Shown piece after piece: positions 51,057-63,867 of a stretch of DNA of 64,000 nt. A program made the position numbers and the translations under genes. Each line of letters starts with the position of its first letter. Positions within the stretch are counted from its first letter, which is position 1. The stretch comes from Macrostomum hystrix (taxonomy: Eukaryota; Animalia; Platyhelminthes): NCBI GenBank assembly GCA_950097015.1, contig CATNEN010000034.1, forward strand, positions 6,696,001 through 6,760,000. Reading direction: 5' to 3'. Under the pieces are notes generated by a model. That model was not told where the DNA came from and ran no database searches. It saw nothing but the letters and a program-made list of their open reading frames with translations.

Positions 51057-51592
51057 CACTGAGCAGTTTACAAGATTGCCCAATGAAACACGCAGGACGC
51101 AGGAGGAAGCCGCTGTTCAGATGTCTCTGGAGGGTTGGAGGTCAGAAACAAGAGGATGCTGGCGCAGGAAGGGGAAGCGAGGCTGCAGGGTCATAAATCA
51201 GACACTTGCAGGGCAAACACTTCAATTGCAATGCGGTTTAGTGGGATAGATTGGATAGGGTCAGTTTTGTTAGTAAATTTTCAAGGGGAGCGGCTGTGGG
51301 GATGTGTGACGCTAATTTCCACTTGACCCTCTGCGTGAAATATGGTTACAACAATTTTTCCCATTCGAAGTTTGAGGGTCTGAAGCAAACCCGTTTTTAA
51401 TTAAAAAATCCCGTGGGTTTCACATTCCAGATATGAAAAGCTTTGATAAAGTCGTAGCAAAGTATAGAAGGGCCCATTTAGAAGTAGTAAGACACACGGG
51501 ATACACAAGGTAAATTATCCCCACCCTGAGTTCCTCTTCCTATCGCTGGCCAACTATCCTCCTAATTTAAAAAAACTGGTAATACCCCTAAA

Positions 51593-51750
51593 GCAGGTAA
51601 ATTATCCCCCATTAGGTAGGCGAATTTCCCCCAAAGCTGGTAAATTAACCTCGTTAAGTAGGCGAATTTCCCCCAAAGCTGGTAAATTATCCCTCGTTAA
51701 GTAGGCGAATTTCCCCCAAAGCTGGTAAATTATCCCCACTAAGTAGGCGA
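51593..51750. repeat. About 42-bp tandem repeat (ggtaaattatccc...aagtaggcgaatttcccccaaagct)
   Basis: About 4 copies. Confidence 0.8.
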
Positions 51751-52518
51751 TAAAGCTGATAAGCCGATAAAGCAAAAAATTTATTCACCCTAATTTAGCG
51801 ATTTTCCAAAAGCAGGTATTTTATTTAACCAAGTTGGCAATTCCCTTAAAGCCAAGACAAAGAAGACATAAAGTGAAAAAGAAAGTTTTCAATTAATTAT
51901 CAAGTGACGAAACACAAAGTAACCGCTTTCGAATGCAAATTAAGAGGTATACACTAAGTACGTAGATAACACTACTGGATGCTAACAGTATACAGAATTA
52001 GTAACCATACAATAAAAGATAAACAAAGACTATCAGATCAGACAAAGAGCCGAATATTTGGCCGTTGAAATAAGTAATCATCTATAGTAATAAAAAAATG
52101 CGATATTGGGAGAACTGAGTGCCAGGGATAGGAAACGCTATTCGTTATCGCACGTCATTATTTGGGTCGCGGAGTCAGAGGCACCTGGACTAAAGCTTTT
52201 TTTCGAAGAAAAACTGGAATTGTGGACCGACTGTCAGTCAAACACAAATATCCTCACAAATCCCAATTCTACTTGTGTGGACAAAAACTCGATGAAAATT
52301 TTACCTTGAAAGTTTTGCCTTCAGTGTTCGCTGATGCAAAATGTGCGTAAATTTAGTTTCCATCAACCAAAATCTTACTTATAGGAATCATGCAGTCGTT
52401 TTGTTAATGAGGTCCTCGGATAATGAGGCCATTTTGATCGAAAAGATCATCAATATAAATTCTTATAATAGGGATAATTAGATCATAGGCGTCGTAGGGA
52501 TTATGGCGTCATAAAGAT

Positions 52519-52912
52519 CATGTCATCATGGGGATCATACGGTCATGGGGGATCATACGGTCATGGGGATCATACGGTCATGGGGATCATACGGTCATGG
52601 GGATCATACGGTCATGGGAATCATACGGTCATGGGAATCATACGGTCATGGGGATCATACGGTCATGGGGATCATACGGTCATGGGGATCATACGGTCAT
52701 TGGGATCATACGGTCATGGGGATCATACGGTCATGGGAATCATACGGTCATGGGAATCATACGGTCATGGGGATCATACGGTCATTGGGGATCATACGCT
52801 TATGGAGATCATACGGTCATGGGGATCATACGGTCATGGGGATCATACGGTCATGGGGATCATACGGTCATGGGGGATCATACGCTTATGGAGATCATAC
52901 GGTCATGGGATC
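52519..52912. repeat. 17-bp minisatellite (ggggatcatacggtcat)
   Basis: About 23 copies ending 50 nt before the exon 3 acceptor. Confidence 0.94.
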
Positions 52913-52963
52913 ATATTGATCACAAGAAATCAAGAACCCGAATCGCCCAACTTGTCCTCGCAG

Positions 52964-53120
52964 ATCATCAAACTGAAATGCGACGAGAAGCAAGCCTGCA
53001 ATTTGACGTCGAACGAACCGGGCCGACCCGGGGACAAAGCGTCCATGTCGGATCCGTACAACCTGCTGCCCTGCTGGCAGCTCATTCAGCACCTCAGCCT
53101 GAGCTACCAGTGCGAGCCGG
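52964..53120 (+). CDS. EVA1C: EVA-1-like exon 3 (second half of lectin domain 1)
   Basis: cctcgcAG|IIKLKCDEKQACNL...DP...C...HLSLSYQCEP G|GTGAGC. Confidence 0.8.
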
Positions 53121-53624
53121 GTGAGCTGGAAATGGGATTCGAGGGGGTGGGGTTCGGGAGGGGGAGAATGAATGGGGAAGCTTATTTAGGTCGCGACCTC
53201 AAGATTGGCAGGAGTTGAAATTTGAGCAGGCCATAATTATAACAGTCCCGTTTGGTGATCTATATGGATTAGCAAGCTGTCCAGTATATTCCCACAGCTT
53301 ATGATTCCAGTGAATGGATTTCAATTCATTGATGGCTAGTAGAACGAAATGGAAAATTATATCAAGCGAAAATCAAAAGAAAGACAAGCATTCTCAATAA
53401 GGAATGGAAATCTTAGAAACTGTAAAAGAGAAATCTAATAACAAAAACAAACCAATAGTCCAATTAGTTCATTTTCTACTAATGGATCTCATACTAGCAA
53501 TTTACTTAATCCATTCAAAGAATCCGCATTCAAAGACATCTAATAGACTCCAAATTAGTTAACTTAACTCATTCCAAGACAGCCCGTTGTCTTGGTGCAA
53601 TAAACTATTTTCCAATAAACCATA

Positions 53625-53785
53625 TTCTAAGAAACAACATTCCAAGAAACCACATTCCAAGAAACCCCATTCCAGGAAACCAAATTTTAAGAAACAAGAT
53701 TCTAAAAACCAAATTCCAGGAAACTCAGAATTAGTTAATGATTTCAAGAAACCGCATTCCAAGAAGCCGCATTCCAAGAAACCGC
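53625..53785 (+). repeat. 15-bp degenerate array (attccaagaaaccgc), left arm of an inverted pair
   Basis: About 10 copies directly before the exon 4 acceptor. Confidence 0.85.
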
Positions 53786-53803
53786 GAAATTCTTCGACCG
53801 CAG

Positions 53804-54163
53804 TGATTCGTGCCCGGCTCCTGTGCGCCGACTCCTACGCCACCATCGGCTGCGACAGCGGCGCGGGCGGCGCGCGCGAGCGGATTCTGCTCATCGACGC
53901 CGCGCTGACAGATCGGCACCGCTTGGCTGTTCCAGTGGGGGTGGCAGCTGGCGACGGCGGCGGCCAGGACGATCAGCAGCAGCCGCGATGTCCGAACACC
54001 GTCAGCCCGGAGCTGGGCGCCGGCCGCTGCCCGGACGTCAGCGCTTTTGATCGATTGAGACAGCAGTGCGACTCGAGGACGGTGTGCACTGTCGGGGCAT
54101 TGCCTAACGGCGACAGGGGCAGCGGCTGTGCCAGGCCGAACCTGCTGCTGCTCTACGTATGCC
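53804..54163 (+). CDS. EVA1C: EVA-1-like exon 4 (SUEL lectin domain 2)
   Basis: ccgcAG acceptor. Encodes LLCADSYATIGC...RILLIDA...FDRLRQQCDSRTVCTV...GC...LLLLYVC. Donor C|GTGAGT. 360 nt, phase 1-1. Confidence 0.82.
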
Positions 54164-54166
54164 GTG

Positions 54167-54358
54167 AGTTGGAATATGCTTTCTTGGAATGTGGTTTCTC
54201 GGAATTTGGCTTTTTAATATGGTTTCTTAGAATGCGGTTTCTTGGAATGTTCTTTTCTTGGAATGGGCTGTCTCATAGTGCGGTTTCTTGGATTGCGGCT
54301 TCATGAAGTACGGTATCTCGAAATCCGGAAACTTTAAGTGCGGTTTCTTGGAATGAGT
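54167..54358 (-). repeat. Same 15-bp array in reverse orientation (gcggtttcttggaat), right arm
   Basis: About 11 copies directly after the exon 4 donor. Confidence 0.85.
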
Positions 54359-55074
54359 TTTATTGGATTTCCAAGGGTGCGATCTATTAATAGAAACATT
54401 TTTCGGAGTTTTGTTTGCTGTCATTCGATTTCTCTGGACAATTCTTCCTTTGAACCCTCGCATCCAGTGCCAGCATCCGGAGGCAGCTCATTGAATCCAG
54501 TCGCCGACCTGTCCCAGGAGGCCCGAAGGGGGCCAACAATTATTTCCAGCGGCGGTGAAAGCAGCAGCTTCCAACCGACTCAGGGTGAGCCGGAATTCTT
54601 GAGTCCAATGACTCATCCTGTGTCTGCTCAGAAGATTTCTCCGCTATTTAACTGTTCCCCCTTAGCCCAGCAAAAATCAGGAAAGCACTCAATACTGCTC
54701 CCCCATCTGCAGTAATCGCTGTATCGATTTGCCAGCCCTTCAACTCTTTAACAACCCAAAATAGTCCACTTATCTACCGCCATATTTTAGCCTGCGTGGA
54801 TGCTGGTGTAGGGACTGATGCTGTTACCAATGTCCGAGTTGACAGGGATAAATTGGTGGTTTTACTGCAACGATTGGTTCTAGAGTGTTTTCCCCTTATT
54901 TTGTCAAAAAAAGTTTCATAAATATGTTTTTAGATTTTTCCCAATGCCCAACTTTAGAAGGTGCTCGTAATCTTTATTAGAGGTTATTTTGTTACTTTTG
55001 ATCCTACACATCGATGGATTTGATTTACTGCATCATACTCAATTGCCACTCAATCACCTAAAAACTGATCCTAG

Positions 55075-55703
55075 AAGCAATGAGAAATGTAGACATGCCA
55101 TCAGACCCAACGACCGCAGCAGCATCCCCGGCCGTCACTGCAGTCAACCAATCAGCGAAAGATTCGTCCGCGTCTGCGTCGGCTCCAGCGACGCCCAACG
55201 CGCCGCCAGTCGGCCTGATGGCGGGCGTCTCCGCCCTGCTTCTGCTGCTTCTCCTGGCGGCATCGGTCGGCGCCACCGTCGCCGCCTGTCTGGCCGCCCG
55301 ACGCTGCCGACGCGAGCGTCGTCGGCGTCGGGACGAGCACCTGGCCAGGGTGCACCTGAGCAAGCAGATCCGGCCGCCACCGACTAGCATGATGGTGCCA
55401 CCGGCTGCTGAGGCCCTGCTCAACCTTCCAGCACCGAATGCGCCGCCGATGACGTTGTCGGTGTGCCTGGCCAGCGCCCATCCGCAGCCTCCACAGCCGC
55501 CTCCAGCGCTTATCAGCGGCCTGGAGATCATCGGCAGCGACAGGCCGTCGTCTTCCAATAATTCAACAAGCGGCACGTCAACATTTCTGACTGGCACCTC
55601 GGGCTCCATGCCGTCACCGAGAGACTCGCTGTCGGCATTCGCTCAGCACCTGCAGCACCAGTCGCATCTGCAGCATCATGGAGGCGTATCTATAGTGCTC
55701 TGA
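55075..55703 (+). CDS. EVA1C: EVA-1-like last exon (stalk, TM helix, cytoplasmic tail); acceptor could be at 55075 or 55093
   Basis: TM LMAGVSALLLLLLLAASVGATVAACLAA followed by RRCRRERRRR. Stop ends at 55703. The architecture SP + 2 lectin + TM matches EVA-1. Confidence 0.8.
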
Positions 55704-56162
55704 CTGACTCGCTTAGTAAACCACTTAAACACTGTATGGATTATATGTATTCTGTAGAATTTAACAGTGTTATATCTAGGACTTGACTTATCTGCAGCGC
55801 GGTCCGATGGACACAGCGGGGAGGCGGGAGTCGCCCATTCCGCTATCTAGGACTTTGTATTTTGTATCATAATTTGTATAGTCTAAAAAGTACAATTGAA
55901 TCTCAAATATGCTCTGCACCACTGAACTGTAAATCACAATTTTCGAAACAATTAACTGCTTTGTACACAACCTTGTTTCACTGGTGTTGCTCATGTATAT
56001 GACTCTCAGGTAGCTGAGCAATTGTATAGCCCAATCTAAGTCTTAGTCGTACCTGTCTGACTAAGACTAGCCATTGACTAATGCTGTACGTCGTACGTCG
56101 TATGTTTGAATATCAAACCACTTTGAAAAATACATACACAAGATATTTACTGTGACCATCAC

Positions 56163-59100
56163 CGATGCCTCAGTGTCGTGACTGTGACTATCAAACATCC
56201 TTCAGTGTCGTGACTGTGCAACCATCACACATCCTTCAGTGTCGTGACTGTGCAACCATCACACATCCTTCAGTGTCGTGACTGTGACCATCACACATCC
56301 TTCAGTGTCCTGACTGTGACCATCACACATCCTTCAGTGTCGTGACTGTGCAACCATCACACATCCTTCAGTGTCGTGACTGTGACCATCACACATCCTT
56401 CAGTGTCGTGACTGTGCAACCATCACACATCCTTCAGTGTCGTGACTGTGCAACCATCACACATCCTTCAGTGTCGTGACTGTGCAACCATCACACATCC
56501 TTCAGTATCGTGACTGTGACCATCACAGATCCCTCAGTGTCGTGACTGTGACCATCACAGATCCCTCAGTGTCGTGACTGTGACTATCAAACATCCTTCA
56601 GTGTCGTGACTGTGCAACCATCACACATCCTTCAGTGTCGTGACTGTGACCATCACACATTCTTCAGTGTCCTGACTGTGACCATCACACATTCTTCAGT
56701 GTCCTGACTGTGACCATCACAGATCCTTCAGTGTCCTGACTGTGACCATCACACATCCTTCAGTGTCCTGACTGTGACCATCACACATCCTTCAGTGTCG
56801 TGACTGTGCAACCATCACAGATCCTTCAGTATCGTGACTGTGACCATCACAGATCCCTCAGTGCCGTGACTGTGACCATCACACATCCTTCAGTGTCCTG
56901 ACTGTGACAATCACACATCCTTCAGTATCGTGACTGTGCAACCATCACAGATCCTTCAGTATCGTGACTGTGACCATCACAGATCCCTCAGTGTCGTGAC
57001 TGTGACCATCACAGATCCCTCAGTGTCGTGACTGTGACCATCACAGATCCTTCAGTGTCCTGACTGTGACCATCACAGATCCTTCAGTGTCCTGACTGTG
57101 ACAATCACAGATCCCTTCAGTGTCGTGACTGTGACCATCACAGATCCCTCAGTGTCGTGACTGTGACCATCACAGATCCTTCAGTGTCCTGACTGTGACC
57201 ATCACAGATCCTTCAGTGTCCTGACTGTGACCATCACAGATCCTTCAGTGTCGTGACTGTGACAATCACAGATCCCTTCAGTGTCGTGACTGTGACCATC
57301 ACAGATCCCTCAGTGTCCTGACTGTGACTATCACACATCCTTCAGTGTCCTGACTGTGACCATCACACATCCTTCAGTATCGTGACTGTGCAACCATCAC
57401 AGATCCTTCAGTATCGTGACTGTGACCATCACAGATCCCTCAGTGTCGTGACTGTGACCATCACAGATCCCTCAGTGTCGTGACTGTGACCATCACAGAT
57501 CCTTCAGTGTCCTGACTGTGACCATCACAGATCCTTCAGTGTCCTGACTGTGACAATCACAGATCCCTTCAGTGTCGTGACTGTGACCATCACAGATCCC
57601 TCAGTGTCGTGACTGTGACCATCACAGATCCTTCAGTGTCCTGACTGTGACCATCACAGATCCTTCAGTGTCGTGACTGTGACAATCACAGATCCCTTCA
57701 GTGTCCTGACTGTGACCATCACAGATCCCTCAGTGTCGTGACTGTGACCATCACACATTCTTCAGTGTCCTGACTGTGACCATCACACATTCTTCAGTGT
57801 CCTGACTGTGACCATCACACATTCTTCAGTGTCGTGACTGTGACAATCACAGATCCTTCAGTGTCCTGACTGTGACAATCACACATCCTTCAGTGTCGTG
57901 ACTGTGACAATCACACATCCTTCAGTGTCGTGACTGTGACAATCACAGATCCCTCAGTGTCGTGACTGTTACCATCACAGATCCCTCAGTGTCGTGACTG
58001 TGACCATCACAGATCCCTCAGTGTCGTGACTGTGACCATCACAGATCCCTCAGTGTCGTGACTGTGACTATCACAGATCCCTCAGTGTCGTGACTGTGAC
58101 CATCACAGATCCCTCAGTGTCTTGACTGTGACCATCACAGATCCCTCAGTGTCGTGACTGTGACTATCACACATCCTTCAGTGTCGTGACTGTGACAATC
58201 ACAGATCCCTCAGTGTCGTGACTGTGACCATCACAGATCCCTCAGTGTCGTGACTGTGACCATCACAGATCCCTCAGTGTCGTGACTGTGACTATCACAG
58301 ATCCCTCAGTGTCGTGACTGTGACCATCACACATCCCTCAGTGTCTTGACTGTGACCATCACACATCCTTCAGTGTCGTGACTGTGACAATCACAGATCC
58401 CTCAGTGTCGTGACTGTGACCATCACAGATCCCTCAGTGTCGTGACTGTGACCATCACAGATCCCTCAGTGTCGTGACTGTGACCATCACAGATCCCTCA
58501 GTGTCGTGACTGTGACCATCACAGATCCCTCAGTGTCGTGACTGTGACTATCACACATCCCTCAGTGTCGTGACTGTGACCATCACAGATCCCTCAGTGT
58601 CGTGACTGTGACCATCACAGATCCCTCAGTGTCGTGACTGTGACCATCACCGATCCTTCAGTGTCCTGACTGTGACCATCACCGATCCTTCAGTGTCCTG
58701 ACTGTGACCATCACAGATCCTTCAGTGTCGTGACTGTGACCATCACAGATCCCTCAGTGTCGTGACTGTGACCATCACAGATCCCTCAGTGTCGTGACTG
58801 TGACCATCACAGATCCCTCAGTGTCTTGACTGTGACCATCACACATCCCTCAGTGTCGTGACTGTGACCATCACAGATCCTTCAGTGTCGTGACTGTGAC
58901 CATCACAGATCCCTCAGTGTCGTGACTGTGACCATCACAGATCCCTCAGTGTCGTGACTGTGACCATCACACATCCTTCAGTGTCGTGACCGTGACCATC
59001 ACAGATCCTTCAGTGTCGTGACTGTGACCATCACAGATCCTTCAGTGTCGTGACTGTGACCATCACAGATCCCTCAGTGTCGTGACTGTGACCATCACCG

Positions 59101-59573
59101 ATCCTTCAGTGTCCTGACTGTGACCATCACCGATCCTTCAGTGTCCTGACTGTGACCATCACAGATCCTTCAGTGTCGTGACTGTGACTATCACAGATCC
59201 CTCAGTGTCGTGACTGTGACCATCACAGATCCCTCAGTGTCGTGACTGTGACCATCACAGATCCCTCAGTGTCCTGACTGTGACCATCACACATCCTTCA
59301 GTGTCGTGACTGTGACCATCACAGATCCCTCAGTGTCTTGACTGTGACCATCACAGATCCCTCAGTGTCTTGACTGTGACCATCACACATCCCTCAGTGT
59401 CGTGACTGTGACCATCACAGATCCCTCAGTGTCGTGACTGTGACCATCACACATTCTTCAGTGTCCTGACTGTGACCATCACAGATCCTTCAGTGTCCTG
59501 ACTGTGACCATCACAGATCCTTCAGTGTCCTGACTGTGACCATCACACATCCTTCAGTGTCCTGACTGTGACT
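56163..59573. repeat. 32-bp minisatellite (cagtgtcgtgactgtgaccatcacagatccct)
   Basis: About 105 copies, the largest array in the window. Confidence 0.97.
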
Positions 59574-61265
59574 CCCCAAACAGATCCGCTAGTGTCCAGA
59601 AATAAAATGCAATTTTAGAGCCCAATAATGCACGCAAGATTAAATTCAGTGAAGACACTTGCTGCAACTCGGTCGGGATTTCATATATTAGTTTAATATA
59701 TAATTAAATACACAAAATAAAAATAGTATCATAAAAAGAATACAACGGCGAGACAGAAGATAGCAATCCAAACCTACTACTTAAATAGCAGCGGCAGTAG
59801 TCCAGGTTAGCATGCTGGAGAATGTGGTCTTACAGGAGTTTGAGAAAGCAAGTAAGCAGCTATTCGTCTTTTATGCTAGTACAGAAGAATAACATGATAC
59901 ATTTGTTTGAAGCAGCAAAAGCGACAAGAAAGAAGTTAAATAGGACAGACATCAAATCGGACTCAGTGAGATCAATTAGATGAAAAATAATTACTGAGCT
60001 TATAGTTCTACTATAAACAATGAGAAATCAATTAAGAAATTCGACTGGTAAACGGCGCTGGCAACAATTACAATAATTCCTACAGTTCGATGCCTCGGTC
60101 ATCTTGATTACGAGTAAGTTAGTTTTTTTCGCGATCAAACGAAGAAGAATGACAGCTGTGAGTGCAAATGAATGAAAAGCAGTATTGCAAAGCTGATTGT
60201 GTGTAATTGAAGTGTAGCAAAGCTCGTGTTTTAGTATTATATTGTATTTAAAACTGCGTCACGAAGGCCAGACATTGTGGCCACACATTGTACCTGACAG
60301 AGTTTGTGTAGTAGCTCTAAGAAGGCTGTTGGCAATAGCGAATAAAATAATGCAACTAGCAATCAGGTCACTACTCACAGTAATAGGAAAGCCTATTAGA
60401 CAGCGCAATTATTAAAGAAAAGTTACAGCAAGTTAAATAGCACAATTTAGAACAAATTCAAATAGCTAAACAATAAATTGATATTTTTAGAACAAATAAT
60501 AATTCTAACGAACTGATAGTCGGCACTAGAGCATGGGTGACTGGTGACAGTGAAAGAATCAGCGGCATATGTAATAATTAACTTGCAGATAGCTACTAAT
60601 AGGCAGGCTTCGTAGATATGTGTATAATTCTACTCTGACTTAAAATTCTAGCATGGCTTTTAAGTATTAATTCCGCTAATTACGACACCAATGTTACTGC
60701 TTCTAACGAGACATGTGATAGAGAAAAGTAGTTTTAAGATAAAGACAATTAATAAGAGAACAAGAAATACAAAAGCAGCCATTCTGTTGACATAAAATAA
60801 AGTAATCGATATTTAAGCAAAAAAATTCGATTTTAGAGTTCGGCGTTGAACAAAAAGGTATTGACTTTTAATCTGTACAGCACACTTATTGCCGAAACTG
60901 CCAAATCATGCATTGATTGGCTAATTTTCAATATCTTTACTCAGCAAAAAGTAGAAAAAACAAGCAATTAGCAAACTGAAGCAACTAGGAGCTTAGATTT
61001 GTAGCCTATTAGACTTATGTCAGGTCATAGATTATTTAATCATATCTTTAAGTGTTTCGACCATAGATCACCCAGTCAAAACTTCAGGTGCTAAGAAAAC
61101 ACAACCCCGTACTAACTTCATGTGTTCAGGCCGTAATGAACGATCTAAAGCGCCAAAAGTACATTTGAAGAGGACGACAATGTGACCGAAACGTGACTAA
61201 CAAATAAAACAAAAAGCCAGACAATTACGCAAAAACATCGCGCTAGACGCATAAAGCAGTCTCAA

Positions 61266-61532
61266 CTAGGAGGCTAGCCAATTGTTATTGCTGCTTCGTG
61301 ACTGCATCTGGCGCATCTGATGCTGCTGCTGTGGCTGCTGCTGCCTGCCAGCTGCCTTACTGCTACCTCGGCGCCTACTGCGTCTAAAGAAGCAGCACTT
61401 TGCCTCGGCCACTGACGCATCGTCGTCTAAGTCTGGGTCGACGAATCGACCTCCGCTGGCTTGGCCGGATGTGCCGCCACCGACGCCGGTGCTGTTCAGC
61501 TGTTGCTGATCAAATGTCATTGAAGCGGCCAC
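61266..61532 (-). CDS. CSNK1G: Probable casein kinase 1 gamma (gilgamesh-type) terminal exon
   Basis: Acceptor ccatctctcAG on the minus strand. ...QQLNSTG...ASVAEAKCCFFRRSRRR matches the CK1-gamma palmitoylated tail (EAKCCCFFKRKRKK). The kinase domain is not in the window. Confidence 0.62.
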   Translation of the reverse strand: MAASMTFDQQQLNSTGVGGGTSGQASGGRFVDPDLDDDASVAEAKCCFFRRSRRRGSSKAAGRQQQPQQQHQMRQMQSRSSNNNWLAS

Positions 61533-61690
61533 CTGAGAGATGGAGTCAGACAGGGGAAGACTAGAGACATGACACCACCGCATATTGACGTTTTAGATTT
61601 GTTAAATTTTATTTAAATTTGTAAGTTTGTGAGTTTACTAAATTGAAATACATAATTCTCCTTAACACTGGATGAACGCCCAAATAACAC

Positions 61691-61897
61691 GAGAGTCAGG
61701 CATCAGATATGAGAGTCAGGCATCAGATATGAGAGTCAGGCATCAGATATGAGAGTCAGGCATCAGATATGAGAGTCAGGCATCAGATATGAGAGTCGGG
61801 CATCAGATATGAGAGTCAGGCATCAGATATGAGAGTCGGGCATCAGATATGAGAGTCAGGCATCAGATATGAGAGTCAGGTATCAGATATGAGAGTC
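61691..61897. repeat. 20-bp tandem repeat (gagagtcaggcatcagatat)
   Basis: About 10 copies. Confidence 0.93.
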
Positions 61898-62240
61898 AAA
61901 TATATATATATCAGAGTTTTCAGACCGATATACGATATACATCTCGTAAGTTATATGATTGGAATGAGAGCTGAAAAATGCATAGTATTTGCGCAGTACG
62001 ATCGTATAATTAAATAGAATTTATTTATTAGTAAGAAAGTTTAATCCGCTTCTTCAATTAGAGTCACGAACTAAAAAGCTTGTTGGCTTAGAAAAAAAAT
62101 TTAAATTGAACATGAACAGCGAAAAAACTAACTCTGTGAGTCATATTTGCTTGAAATTTAAATATAGTAATGTGGCGCCAAACCTTTTTTAAATGATTGA
62201 TATTAAGACCTAAGAATAACTAGCGCATTTCCAAACAGGT

Positions 62241-62420
62241 ATCTAACAGGTGACATTCGTGTCTAACAGATGTCATCTGTGTCTAACAGATGTAATACGC
62301 GTCGAACAGGTGTCATACGTGTCTAGCAGGTATCATATCTGTCTAAGAGGTGTCATCCGCGTCTAACAGGTAAGATACGTATCTAACATGCTACATTCGC
62401 GTCTAAAATGTGACATCCAT
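62241..62420. repeat. Old degenerate 20-bp tandem repeat (gtctaacaggtgtcatacgt)
   Basis: About 9 diverged copies. Confidence 0.75.
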
Positions 62421-62765
62421 GACCAAAAGGTTCCTAAAGATTGTAACTTTGTCTAAAATAGATACAAATTTGTGTAAGGAGCCGCAGACCGCAAGTAAAA
62501 TAACAATAAAAACAAGATGATTCATTGAAAAGTTTCTTAATGCAGTTCAAATTTACAAAAAGGGTAAATGATAACACGATACCGCCACCAAGCGTTAAAT
62601 CACTGATTAAAGAAACGAATTTCTAATGCAGAGTTAAGAGCAGCTCCAACAAAGCGTCAGACGGAAGATTTTAGTGACAGTAAAACATTTTTTCTAATTT
62701 ATATTTTTCCATTCAGAAAATTAATCCGACATGTGGTACACCATGTTGGAAATATATGATTCAGA

Positions 62766-63325
62766 TTAGTGATCTGTGAGTCAGACTAGTGATCTGACAG
62801 TCAGACTAGAGATCTGTGAGTCAGACTAGTGATCTGACAGTCAGACTAGAGATCTGACAGTCAGACTAGGGGTCTGACAGTCAGACTAGGGATCTGACAG
62901 TCAGACTAGTGATCTGTGAGTCAGACTAGTGTCGATCTGTGAGTCAGACTAGTGATCTGACAGTCAGACTAGGGATCTGACAGTCAGACTAGTGATCTGT
63001 GAGTCAGACTAGTGTCGATCTGTGAGTCAGACTAGTGATCTGACAGTCAGAATAGAGATCTGTGAGTCAGACTAGAGATCTGTGAGTCAGACTAGTGATC
63101 TGTGAGTCAGACTAGAGATCTGACAGTCAGACTAGTGATCTGTGAGTCAGACTAGAGATCTGACAGTCAGACTAGTGATCTGTGAGTCAGACTAGAGATC
63201 TGACAGTCAGACTAGAGATCTGACAGTCAGACTAGAGATCTGACAGTCAGACTAGAGATCTGACAGTCAGACTAGAGATCTGACAGTCAGACTAGAGATC
63301 TGACAGTCAGACTAGGGATCTGACA
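62766..63325. repeat. 20-bp minisatellite (gtcagactagagatctgaca)
   Basis: About 27 copies. Confidence 0.95.
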
Positions 63326-63590
63326 ATTAGATTAATGACGTTTGAAACAAATTAGTAGGACACAAACACAATCGCATAGTTAGAATAATGGCGCGTTTAA
63401 CAAGAAGGCGACCCTAAAAACACAGCGGAGCGAAGCAGTTTCGATCGATTCAACCCGAAGACCGTATTAACAACGTGTAAGTAGCTTGAATGATTAATAA
63501 AAATCTGAGAAATTAAGGAAGCATGTCTAGACACGCCATTTAGTTAGGTCTATAATGAGCAATCATTTAGGAAAGCATCAGATTTTTTAC

Positions 63591-63678
63591 CATCATTTGG
63601 CTACCAACCGGCCTAAGATGCTGCTGCTGCTGCAGATAGCCAATGGAGTCTGGCTGACCATTGCTGCCCTGCATTAGT
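63591..63678 (-). CDS. CSNK1G: Probable upstream exon of the same gene
   Basis: aactacAG|...MQGSNGQPDSIGYLQQQQHLRPVGSQMM|GTAAAA ends in phase 0, in frame with 61532. Confidence 0.45.
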
Positions 63679-63867
63679 CTGTAGTTAAACTGTCGCTGGT
63701 TTGGCTAGTGTGTCGGACAAAAAATAGGAGGTTCAGACAGTGGGGCTGCTTTGAGAGCAGAGCGGCGAAGTGTCAAAGTGTCATAATAAAACAAACTAGT
63801 CGAAACTCCTTTCTGGTATCCGAGGCCAATGATAGATTCGCTTCCAATTAAAAAATTACTTTTATTT

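Noticed and set aside
56163-59573. CRISPR-like array or RSS-heptamer array
   Set aside because: Units are contiguous with no unique spacers, there are no cas genes, the context is eukaryotic, and heptamer matches are imperfect with no nonamer.
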